Of a stretch of DNA of 64,000 bases, positions 50,170-61,407 are shown piece after piece. The position numbers and the translations under genes are program-made. How positions within the stretch are numbered: position 1 is the first letter of the stretch; each line of letters opens with the position of its first letter. Source of the DNA: Lytechinus pictus (taxonomy: Eukaryota); NCBI RefSeq assembly GCF_037042905.1, contig NC_087249.1:28086001-28150000 (forward strand). The letters are read 5' to 3'. The notes under the pieces were generated by a model. That model was not told the origin of the DNA. It searched no databases and saw only the letters and a program-made list of their open reading frames with translations.

Positions 50170-51930
50170 CGCACCAAATGTTGGAACAATTAAGTATTTT
50201 GACCTGATAATGATATTGCAAAATTGATATCCGTCCAATGTCACGCCAACATCCCAATGTTGACAATGGGGAAATATCAGGAAAGTGTCAAAATATAAAT
50301 GTTGGGCCAAGGTTAGAATCTAGACTCTTTACAATATCGAAAAGGTAGTGTTTAGCAAAAACATAAATCAAATGTCAACAATGTCGTCAATCGCGAATGT
50401 TGGCAATTGGTCAAAAATATAAAGTTGGGCCAATGTAACCTCATTATGATTTTGCAAAATTGATATCCGTCCAACATCACAACAGAATCACAATGTTGAC
50501 AATTAGGGAAAGGTTGGAAAAGTATCAAAATATGAAATAATGTTGGGCAAACTTTGACCTCTTAAGAGGTCATGAAGTTGGGCCAACATCAGTACAAAGT
50601 CAACAATGTCGTCAGTTGGGAAATGTTGGCAAATTGTCAAAACACAATGTTGGGCAACAGTAAATGTTTTTGACCTAATATATCGTCAAATTTATATCCA
50701 TCCAACTTCTTGCCAACATCACAATTTTGACAACAGGGAAAGGTCTGGAAAGAGTTAAAACATAAATGATGGCCAACATTAAAATCTTGATTTTTTTAAT
50801 GATGTCGTTAAAGAAAGTAGAGTTGAACCAACATCAATACAACGTCAACATTTTCGTCAGTCGCGAAATGTTGGCAAATGGTCAAAACACAACATTGGGC
50901 TGCATTAAATATTTTGACCTAATTATTATTTTTTTTGGCTTTATTTTTGTAAAACAACCATAATTGGTCTTCTATATTCATTTCATTTCGAAGTAATACA
51001 TTTGCATCATTCTTTAACATTTGCCTCCATTTCTGGAGATAGATACATGGTTTTCTAGATTTTACATGCTTCTCTATTTCAAAAAGATAACAGGTAAAAC
51101 AAAATATCAATTAGTCTTCTAATTGTTATTTTTCTCTTGGATTCATTTCCAACAATCCTGGAAACAAAAACTTTGCAAGAAATATTTTTGAATACTCTTT
51201 TCAACTTTTTCCAAAACATTAATTGCAACTATGTTACAAGAAAAAAACATATGCATAGGCCTACAATCACCTCCTTTATTTTGACGAAATTATGATAGAT
51301 ATCGCAAAATTGATGTCCGTCCAACATCTCGGAAACATCACAATATTGACAAAGGGGAAAACTTGGTAAAGTGTCAACAAATATTGGACCAACGTTGTGA
51401 CTTTGACTTCTTTACGACGTCACAAAAGTATTGTTGGGCGAATATCAGTACAAAGTCAACAATTTTGTCAGTCGCGAAAATAATTTTGGCAAATGGAAAA
51501 CATACCTTGTTCAGCCAATGTAAATACTTTGACCTGATTATGACATCGCAAAACTTATATTCGACCATTAACATTGCGCCAACATCACAGAGTTGACATT
51601 TAGACAAAGTCTGGAAAGTGTCAAAATATAAATGTTGGGCCAAGATTAAAATCTAGACATTTTTATGATGTCCCAAAAGTAGCGTTGAGCCAATGTTAAT
51701 ACAATGTCAACAATATCATCAGTCATGATATGTTGGCAAATGGTAAAACAACAAAGTTTGGCATTGTAATTTTTGACCCGATTATGATATCGCAAACGTT
51801 AATATCTGTCCAACATCTCACCACATCGCAGAGTAGAAATTGTGGTATGGCAAAACTAAAATATTGGGCCAACATCAATACAACATTATGAATATCGTAA
51901 TTTGCGAAATGTTGGCAAAATAACGTTTGG
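50170..51930. repeat. Degenerate array of ccaacat/atgttgg sub-repeats (probably transposon-derived)
   Basis: Recurrent gtccaacatc, aatgttgggccaa and gtcaacaat motifs. Confidence 0.7.
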
Positions 51931-52074
51931 TCAATGAAATTACTTACATGTAGACCTCAGTGATTATGATATATATGGCAAAAATTATCAAAATAACAGC
52001 ACTAGTGTTGACAACATTTGAATATAGTTCGTTTCATAGTTGTAGGTCAGTCAGCAATGAAATTCTCCTTACAC

Positions 52075-52370
52075 TGTACATCATTATAATCAAGAATATA
52101 TTTTTACCTGTCCGGAATTATGATGTAATTTGTCACGCACGAAAATAAAAGGGGTAAATATTAGATCTCTAGATCTAGATCTATATGCGGCAAGTGCAAT
52201 GCAAAGAAAACGGTTGGAAAATAGGGTCTATGAAATAATTTTATCATATTCATGATTTTCATAATATTTGGACTACCAAGTGCAAATTTTTTTTGAAAAT
52301 GTATTTTCTCTAGTTGTCATTTTTAAAGCACTGAAATGAAGGTGTCCGGCAATAGGAAACACTGCCATAC
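52075..52370. repeat. Direct duplication of about 300 bp, copy 1
   Basis: Colinear with 53790-54080 (…tagttgtcattttaaagcactgaaat.aaggt..ccggcaatagga..acactgccata). Confidence 0.85.
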
Positions 52371-54480
52371 ACGTATACACTCGGCCTACGCCGGCTACGG
52401 CAGGCCAACGCCAGCGACCCAGGGCCAGGCTCACGGCGGAGTATATGGATGAAGCAGGGACTCAGTTTTATGATTATGAGGGGAGAAATAAAAAGCTCTC
52501 CTAAAACTTTTAAGGGGAACATTAGGGGAGCACTACAAAATCTCTTGTCCGATTTCAAAATGGATGGAGGAACATACACTAAGTTACAACCCACAACCAA
52601 AGGAGACAAACCATCAGATATAGATCTATGCAATACTTATCTTATTGAACTTTTAAATGTCATTCTTGCAAATGTTATTGCTTACAACATAATTATGTTA
52701 TTTACAAAACCTTGACAGAGAATGAGGTTTTCAAGGTGGACTCTAACAGTTTGATCATTGACTGACACTCTTGTTAATGTTAAGCAATTGCTGAGGCGAG
52801 TGATAAATCGCTCTACCAAAAATGGATTACGAGAGCGGTAGCGATTGATCACTCTCACTCCCCTTAAAACCGAGTCCCTGGATGAAGGTCTATCGTGTGA
52901 CACAGAAATCCTGACATCAAGATACAAACTGGACCCTCAAAAAAAGGAAAAGTTTTACCTCAGACTCAGTCTGACTCTGTCGCGTTCGTTCTCGCAATCT
53001 CGGTATCGATCAGGACATTGCCAATGAGCCATTTTTGTATTCAATTGACAGAAAGAATTACTGAACTTTTCTTTTTTTTGCATATAATCGAGGTAAGTGC
53101 ATAATCTATTTTTCCCCTTTTTATTTGGAGTGCTATTGCGATCCCAATCTACCCCATTTTGGAGAGTATAGTCACGTATTGTATTACCGACACTATCATA
53201 TTTCCGGACGCACATATTACTGCGTACGAAATCAATTTCGTACCGTAAGACTTCCGCAGTTCAATTTCACAGGTCAATTCAAAGAAAAAGATTGGAAAAA
53301 CAAAGCCAAAAAATCAAACTTTTACCTTATTTTTCTCTAAAATGACAGAAAATGCTTAAAATATCATATAACATAGTTTTGCATTAAAAATTGATCCCAA
53401 TTGATATATTTTCTGATGGAAATATGGACCTGATTTGCAGAATTTCAATCTCGTCCGCTCCTTGATCAGATCGTCGACGGCTAGTTCTCAAGGTACCCAG
53501 TACCGTACCCGGACGTGCGCGAGGTTTATCGTGATACTAGAGAGCCGTTGACGATCGACAGCGCATCGATAGAACTTGGTGACTGAGCGTCACGATATGA
53601 ACGAGCATAATACTGGAAAGTGTAAAATAAAATTAGTTAGCAAACACAAATTTATTACAAAGATCTGCTCAAAGTCAAATTGTAAATTTTTTGTTTGCTT
53701 TCTTAGATTTTTTAGAAGCAAACAAAACTTAGATTAGTTAGAATTTACTCATTATGATATATGATGAAAAAAAACACACCAATTCTTTCTTACATCATTA
53801 TATAAATTATAATCAAGAATATTTTTACCCGTCTGGCGCGCGTCCAGAATTATAATGTAATTTGTCAAGCACGAAAATAATTGTTTTTCGTGGAGGGGTA
53901 TGCGGCAAGTGCGGTGCAACTGCAAAGAAAACGGTTGGAAAATATAAAAAATAATTTTATCATATTCATAATTTTCATATTTGGAATAGCAAGTGCTAAT
54001 TTTTCTTGATTGTATTTCCTCTAGTTGTCATTTTAAAGCACTGAAATAAAGGTGGCCGGCAATAGGATACACACTGCCATATTAATTATCCTAAGGCTAT
54101 GGCTATGACTTATGAGTATGACGTCTGCCTCGTAATTATACACGGACGAGTCCTGGGCTCCGGCCCGCGAAGCGGGCCGTAGCTCCCTGGGTTAACGGCG
54201 GGGAAGGAAGCTAGGCACGGCAACGATTGAACGAGTATTTAATAAAACGTTTACGGTTTAGAGAATACAGGCATACAGCTATTAACGTTGCAGTTAGCTG
54301 CTGGTTGATTTTACTCACCCGTATACATGAAATTCAAAGTTGTCATAAACTCCTCAATATAATCTTGCTAGCTAGCTTACTGTTCATTCTTTTGCAGTCT
54401 AGTCAGCAGCACCATTCGGGTGGCCAGCTCGAGGTCATCTGAGGTCACCTTGATTTTTGATCCCAGCGCCTCGCGCGTAA
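52360..54480 (-). promoter_or_regulatory. Putative YTHDC2 promoter and 5' UTR exon region (CpG-rich patches; candidate donors at 52958 and 54318)
   Basis: Coding exon 1 begins with a splice acceptor, so an upstream exon is required. CpG-rich patches lie at about 52370-52440, 52970-53010, 53450-53600, 54120-54230 and 54460-54480. Minus-strand donors are GAG|GTAAAA and CGG|GTGAGT. Confidence 0.5.
53790..54080. repeat. Direct duplication of about 300 bp, copy 2
   Basis: Colinear with 52075-52370. Confidence 0.85.
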
Positions 54481-54657
54481 ATTACTTGTTGTAACTTGTA
54501 GTTGTACGGTACTTGTCTGCATGCGTACTTTTTTTCTCTAGCTGTTCTCTTTCTTTCTTTCTGTCTTACTGTCTTTCTTTATTTATTTCTCTCTCTTTCT
54601 TTCTTTCTTTCTTTATACTTTCTTCCTTCCGTCCTTCCTTCCTTCGTTCGTTCGTTC

Positions 54658-54904
54658 NNNNNNNNNNNNNNNNNNNNNNNNNNNNNNNNNNNNNNNNNNN
54701 NNNNNNNNNNNNNNNNNNNNNNNNNNNNNNNNNNNNNNNNNNNNNNNNNNNNNNNNNNNNNNNNNNNNNNNNNNNNNNNNNNNNNNNNNNNNNNNNNNNN
54801 NNNNNNNNNNNNNNNNNNNNNNNNNNNNNNNNNNNNNNNNNNNNNNNNNNNNNNNNNNNNNNNNNNNNNNNNNNNNNNNNNNNNNNNNNNNNNNNNNNNN
54901 NNNN
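54658..54904. other. Assembly gap (247 N) next to a CT-rich microsatellite
   Basis: Run of N. Confidence 1.
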
Positions 54905-55184
54905 NTCTGCATATGTATCAATGTAGGCCTATATATAGGGCAGAGATATTGTGCAAAAACTTTTATTCCATCGGGTAAAGCATGTACATGTATCTCATTT
55001 GGTGTAGTTTGGTTATGGTTATAGTGTTCTACTAATAAACTTTTATGAGCCATCATTTTATGGCCTATTTCATTGTTTTACTCATTATTTTCTTGTTTCT
55101 AATGCATAACTGGAAAGTACGGTGGTAAATAAACAATAAAACTGTAATCCATGCATATATATTATGCAAATAAGCTGATCACAT

Positions 55185-55555
55185 GATCCCAATTGGATGA
55201 AGTGAAACCATTGAAACCAATTGAATCCAATAGTAGTTGTCCCAATTGAAACCAATTCATGGCTATTTGTCTCAGTTGAACCCAATTTACTATCTGTCCC
55301 ACCAATTCGGGGACCAAGCGGCCCAGTGGGTCCAATTAAAATGAGTCAGATACCAATTGGGCATTTGGGCAATTGCCCAATTTTATTGGGGACAAATTGA
55401 AGACCCATTTCAGACACATTGGGACCAATTGGTCCCATTAGACATCATTGGTCCCCCATTGAATTCAAATGGGCCAGTTTGCCCAATTGAGACCGATTGC
55501 ATGACCCTACAATAGGAACTCGACTGGTATCTAATTTGGACCCGATTGGACCTAA
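55185..55555. repeat. ccaattg-rich sub-repeat region
   Basis: Many ccaat/attgg copies in both orientations. Confidence 0.6.
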
Positions 55556-55749
55556 TTTTTGTTTGTTTCTTTGAAGGGGTATAGTCCTAATAGTCACTTC
55601 TAAGCTTTGTATATATATATATATATATAATATCATAAGCCTTATATAAAAAGTGCGAATTTTTTGTTTATTTTATGTATTGTCTTAAAATTCAAACATT
55701 TTGGGCAATGTTTATGATCCTAAACGAGATGTGTATCCAACTAAATTAT

Positions 55750-57530
55750 TGCTGCGAACGCGAAGCGTGATCGAGCAGAAATTTTTAATATACGTTTTTA
55801 TCTGATAAAAAAGGCAGCTTGTTAGCCATATGTCAACTATAATGCAAGCGCGAGCTGAAAATGTTAACATTTTTACCTGAAGAATGGAAGAGGATATAAA
55901 GTATAAAAGTAAATAATTAATGCGAGCGCGAAGCGCGAGCTGAAAAATTCGAGATTTAAACCTAAAAATGGGACACTCTATTCATATTTTGTTTAGATCA
56001 TGAAAAGGATGAGTAATCTTCCTACATTAATAATGCGTGTGCAAAGCGCGAGCAGAATTTTTTAAATCTATTTTTAATATTCGTTTTGATCTGATAAAAA
56101 ATAATCTGTTAACGGCTGCTTGTTAGCCATGAAGACGTTACATACTTAACTTTCAAATAATGCGAGCGCGAAGCGCGAGCTGAAAATATTTTTGACATTT
56201 TTACCTGAAGAATGGAAATTCTAAGCACTTTTTGTAATCGTGAAAAGGATAAGTATATACTGATGCGAGCGCAAAGCGCGAGCGGAAAATTATGGACACT
56301 CTATTCACGTTTTGTAAATCATGAAAAGGATGAGTAATTGGACATTTTCTTACATTAATAATGCGAACGCAAAGCGCGAGCTGACAATTTTTGATATTGT
56401 GATCTGAAACTGGATAAATACTTAAATAGAAAACAAGCTGCGTATCTGAATACACGCGTGTTCAGATTTCGACCTAGAATTTGGGTATTCTATATACTTT
56501 TCTTATCATGAAAATCAATAAATCGAGCGCAAAGCGCGAGCTAAAAATATATGATATTCCGATCTGAAAAAAGGGTCAATTTAAGCTCTGTATTTCAAGC
56601 ACTCTGTGGGATAATTGTGAGGTGGATATGGATCACAGTTAAAAAAGAGCTGATATGTTTCATTATTATTAATTTGAGTTTTGACATAGGACCGGGACAT
56701 TATATAAGCCTAGGACATTATATGAAAATGATGACTATATATATCTTCCTATTTCTCTTCCTAAGCATGAGAGCGCGAAATCTGTTAATATTATGGCGTG
56801 AAAACTGGACATTTAAAGCACTTTTGTAATGAATAAGATGCATGAGTTAATATCTTTCAACAATCAATGCTAGCGGAAATCGCGAACCTAAATTTTTTGA
56901 TAAACTGTCACCAAATGGGGATTTTAAGTATATAGTTTGTTCTAGAATTAATATTGAGATATACATAACTCACCAATCAAAATGCGAGCGTGCAGCGCTA
57001 GCTGATACGTTTTGACAATCTGACCTTAATAGGGATATTTTGATAACTTTATGGAATACAGGAAAATAATAGGTACCTGACAAATCAAATTTTGCGAGCG
57101 CGCAGCGCAAGCAGAAAATGCTAATATTCAGACCATTAAAAATAATTTTTACAGAGCACTTTTTAAAAATCAATTTGTAAATCAAACAAAATAATGAAAG
57201 TTCAATTTCCGAGCTGAAATATGTTTTGTATATTGACTTCCAAATTTTATATTTTAAGCTCTATATTGAGCAAGATATGTAACCTAAAAGGCAATGCGAG
57301 CGCGAAGCGCGAGCAAAAAATTTATATCCCGACATAAAAGATTAAAAAAAATTATTTTCCAAGTTTTCCCCTCATCTTATTTTATTCACTCGTCTTCCTC
57401 CTCTTACGTTTCCCTTTCTTTTTTCTCCTCTCTTTTCCCTTCTTTTTCTTTCTCATTTTTGTTCCCCTTTTTTTGCTCCGCCAATAGGGGGGGGGGGCGG
57501 CCCCCTCGGGGCCCCCCTGGATCCGCCTAT
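55750..57530. repeat. Interspersed repeat with recurrent gcgagcgc(g/a)aagcgcgagc motif, ending in a G-rich terminus (…ccccctggatccgcctatg)
   Basis: The motif recurs more than 12 times at 60-200 bp spacing. Confidence 0.75.
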
Positions 57531-57989
57531 GAAAACCAACGGAAAATTTAAGGGTGTTCAATAGGTTTCAATTGGAATTTTGTCCTGGGAATTCCTTCCT
57601 TTCTTTCATTTTTTTTCTTCCTTCCTTCCTTTGATCCTAATTCCTTCCTTCCTAGGGTCTTTCTTTCTTAATTCTTTCTTTAATTGGCTCTATTTAGGGG
57701 CTATATGGCTTAATTCCTCTTTCTTTATTTAAATTCTTCATTTCCTTCTATATCGATCCTTTCTTTCATTTTCTGTCATTCTTTCTTTCACTTTCCCAGC
57801 TAGCATGCAAATCTGCATTGGGCCAAAATATTGATCTGTAAATTGTGACATAAGCTGATTACGTTTCTCTTTATTTTTACCATTACAGGTCTATATTTTA
57901 TCAACACTATAAATTTCTTGCGTGCTATTGCTTGGATATCAATTTTCGATATCGTAATCAGGTTAAAATATTTACGTTTGCCTAACATA

Positions 57990-58430
57990 CAGTGCGTCCC
58001 CCAAAAAACTATACAGTTTTGAAATGGCTGCCAAATAAAATATATCACTTTGGGGGGAGAGACTTATAATATGGAAAGCCAATAAAGTCAACTTTCAAAT
58101 GACACCAAAAAGTTCGAAAACTATTCATGCTTGAGCGAGCACTGCCAACTGAAACAAAGGGTAAGAAAATTAGGCTTGGCCGGAATTAGCCTTTAAATTT
58201 TTGTCAGTTTTTGAGAGGCAAATCCTTTGGAACTTGCTAAGGGTGTTGTGATGAATTAATGATCAACCATGACTAGTTTTGGTTGTTTAAGCAAAGTTTT
58301 CCAACTTGTTGGGGCCATTTGAAAGTTGACTTTATTGGTTTCCATATCTGTGTTTTCCCCAAAAGTAAAATATTTTTATTTGGCAGCCATTTAAAAAGTG
58401 TATATATTTTTTTTGAGGGGGGACGCACTG
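57990..58430. mobile_element. Tc1/mariner-type MITE
   Basis: ta|cagtgcgtcccc...ggggacgcactg|ta, TA TSD, extended TIR aaatggctgccaaataaaa. Confidence 0.88.
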
Positions 58431-58494
58431 TAGTTTTTGCGATACGTTGCCAATATGGATAAATGCCGACATTGACGTGGTGTTTGTTCAGTTG

Positions 58495-59691
58495 GGACCT
58501 TTCGCAATCCTCACGGACGCTAATATTAGGGTCCCCTAACACAAAAGTTAACGCTTAATCATACACTTGATTTTTAAGATTGAATGTGCATTATAGTCAA
58601 TAGAATCAAACGTAGAAAACTGCTCTACAATCAATGCTAAACTTTGTGTTACAGGGGGGTTACAGGCCCTACAGATCTGCTTTTCGTGTGCAAAATCCTT
58701 TTCTGCGACACTCGCACCATACATAGCATGTATATTACGACTGATGGTTTGAGATATTCGAAATGAAGACCTAAAATAGATTATGACATGGATAAGAAAG
58801 TGGTTTTTCAAACAAATCGAGTACATATTGAGTGAGGAAAAACTTACTGAATGAAGGCTTAGATATAGATCATTACAGTCCATCGAATCGATATTACATT
58901 TAATGTGGATTATTGGTGTATCACTGGCAATTGATTTCATGGGTCAGATCAACCTCTCCAGCCGAACATTTCGCGTGAGTTGATATGTGCACACCATTAT
59001 GTAATACATTTGAACTCGTTTCTTTTTGTTTCTTTTGTTTATTCCTTCTACACAAACGATATGCCTCTCGCACACGATGTAATGGGCATTATGTTTTACT
59101 TCCCCCAGAAATGGGGATTAGATTCAAATTCCGGGGGGACCACTTCCATTAATGAGTGGATACCAGGCACGACCATGGGGTTTCGAAAAATACCCTAAAC
59201 AAGCTGGGAAGTAATTCTTTTCCAGATTATGAAAATGCATCTCTTAACAAGAATTTGGCTTGTGAAACCCTACAAGTATTGGATATCCCTTTTTTGTCAG
59301 CATTTTAAACATCGTTTTGACACCCTTATAACGTTACATAGGCCTATACGTAACGTACCTGCCCACTCTGTCCCCTTTTACGCGTGGTCGCTCCTGGGAT
59401 CCACTAATCAATGGAAGTGGGCCCCCCGGGCGGCCTCTCGAGCTCTAGGAGGAGTCAAATGTGGCTTTGGAAAGTCGTCCTCAATGAGATATATCGCTGT
59501 TACCATAGTAGCAACCAAAATTTTGCACACGAAACGCATATTGAATGTTTCCGTCGCAGATGCGAAACGAAAAAAAAATCTCATGTCACACAATTTGCAT
59601 TGCAGGACGACCATGATGACGGGCCCAAAAAGTCTCTTCCAAAATCAACTTACGTCGTAAATAAGCGTGCGCGTCCTCAAACGAAAGGTCC
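58495..59691. mobile_element. Composite DNA element of about 1.2 kb (copy 2)
   Basis: ggacctttcg ... cgaaaggtcc termini; colinear with 21954-23119. Confidence 0.8.
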
Positions 59692-61284
59692 GGAGTGTCG
59701 GCTCACCGACAGCGATGTTGCCGATATTGGCATGCTATAATAGCTGGGTTTGTCTTCCTTTCTCGACCAAGATCTCTCTTAAATTTCCTTCTTCTTTATA
59801 ACTTTTTTTTTTTTTCTCTCCCTCATTCCTCTCTTTCTATTGTCTGCCTTTCTTTAATTTTTTTTCTCTCTTAACTCCTTAATTCCTCCCTTCCTACTTT
59901 CTTTCTAAGCTTTCTTCCTGTTCTGTCGTCCTCTATAAAAATGTGTCTAACTTCTGCCTCTATTCCATTTTTCATCCGTTTTTTTTTTCTGAATTATTTT
60001 TTTTTTCTTCATTTTTTCTCCCCTATATCCCTTTCGTACTTCTCTTTCTTCATTCTTTCTTTTATCCTGGATTTCCCCCCTTATTTCTTTCTTTATTATC
60101 TCTTTGTTTTATATGTTTCCTTTCTTTCCGTTTCCTTTATTTCTCACAATCTCATTTATACTTAAAAAAGGGTTCTTTCTTTAATAATATCTAAGCTCCC
60201 ACTCTTTCTTTTGGGGAAGGGGTACATTATCAGCTGCAATCAATTTTCGGTGAGATAGAAAGAATTTTAGAGTTGAATGGTCTCCACAACGTCCAATATA
60301 TATATATATATATAATATAATTGTGATTATTTCTGTCCTTGACGATGAACATATATAAATACATATATATATAAAGGATCGATAGACATAGCAAAGATAC
60401 TCATATCAGAAAAAAACCCACTATTCATAAAGGCATCAACAATAACCACCAACAAAGACAAAGGACAAATCAAAATTTACAAATATGTGACAAGTAGTAA
60501 AATTAATCAATAATTTATTCAAGAAAAACATTATTGTGAATTTTCTTCAACTGCAAAATAATACCTTCTCTATAAATCCAAATAAGCAAATTCAAATGCA
60601 TATTCTAGTGTGGAGTATTGGCCTTGAAATCATCTCTCCTTGTATCAAGTCGACAGATTATTTCATCAAAATCAGGTAAATTTATACAATCGTGTGTGAG
60701 CTGGTGACATTTATAGAGTCCTATAAGGCCTATAATTTGGAATTTTTCATAAACATGCATTTTTTGGATATCTATCAAAATAAATTATTTTCGATTTTAA
60801 AATATATCAACTTTATCATTACAAATACAAAATAAGATCTGACTATGTCAACCACTTCAACCTCATAAAGGTTACACAGGAATAGCATCAACCCTTTCAC
60901 ACATCCACAATAGTATGCTACAAATAAAAACCAATGCTCATTGGAATGTATCTCTAAAACATATCAGTTGATCTTGTAAACACTAAAATCAGTATGTAAA
61001 TAATTATTTTCTCTAAAATACATATGTAAATGAATTAAGAAAAATAATTATCAATTTCAATTTCTTATCAAATTGCACACATACATATAATTCAGCTTTT
61101 TCATCTATGGCATAGTGTTTATCAAGGTGAATAGAAAGTGATTCACAAATATGGAAGAAAATCTTATAATTTCAGAATCGTTTCTAGTAGAATCTGCATA
61201 ATTCAAATACCTTGGGACTGAAACAATCTGATTGAATTAGGCGAAATTTGACTTTGAAGATGTCAATAAATGTTTCAAATAATC

Positions 61285-61407
61285 TGGGCCCCGTATCAAA
61301 AAGCTATTCGACTGATTCTGGGACTGATTTTAATGATTGATAATAAACAATAATCATAGAAATCTGCTCCATAATCAATTGCTAAGCTCTATGTAACGGG
61401 GCCCCCA
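61285..61407. mobile_element. Short gggcccc-terminated MITE
   Basis: gggccccgtatcaaaaagc / gctctatgtaacggggcccc. Confidence 0.65.

Noticed and set aside
54502-55056. ORFs longer than 130 aa
   Set aside because: They are artefacts of reading through the N gap.
21983-59740. Similar ORFs shared by the two 1.2-kb repeat copies
   Set aside because: Frames and stop codons differ between the copies and no transposase or other motif is recognisable, so this is a non-coding repeat.
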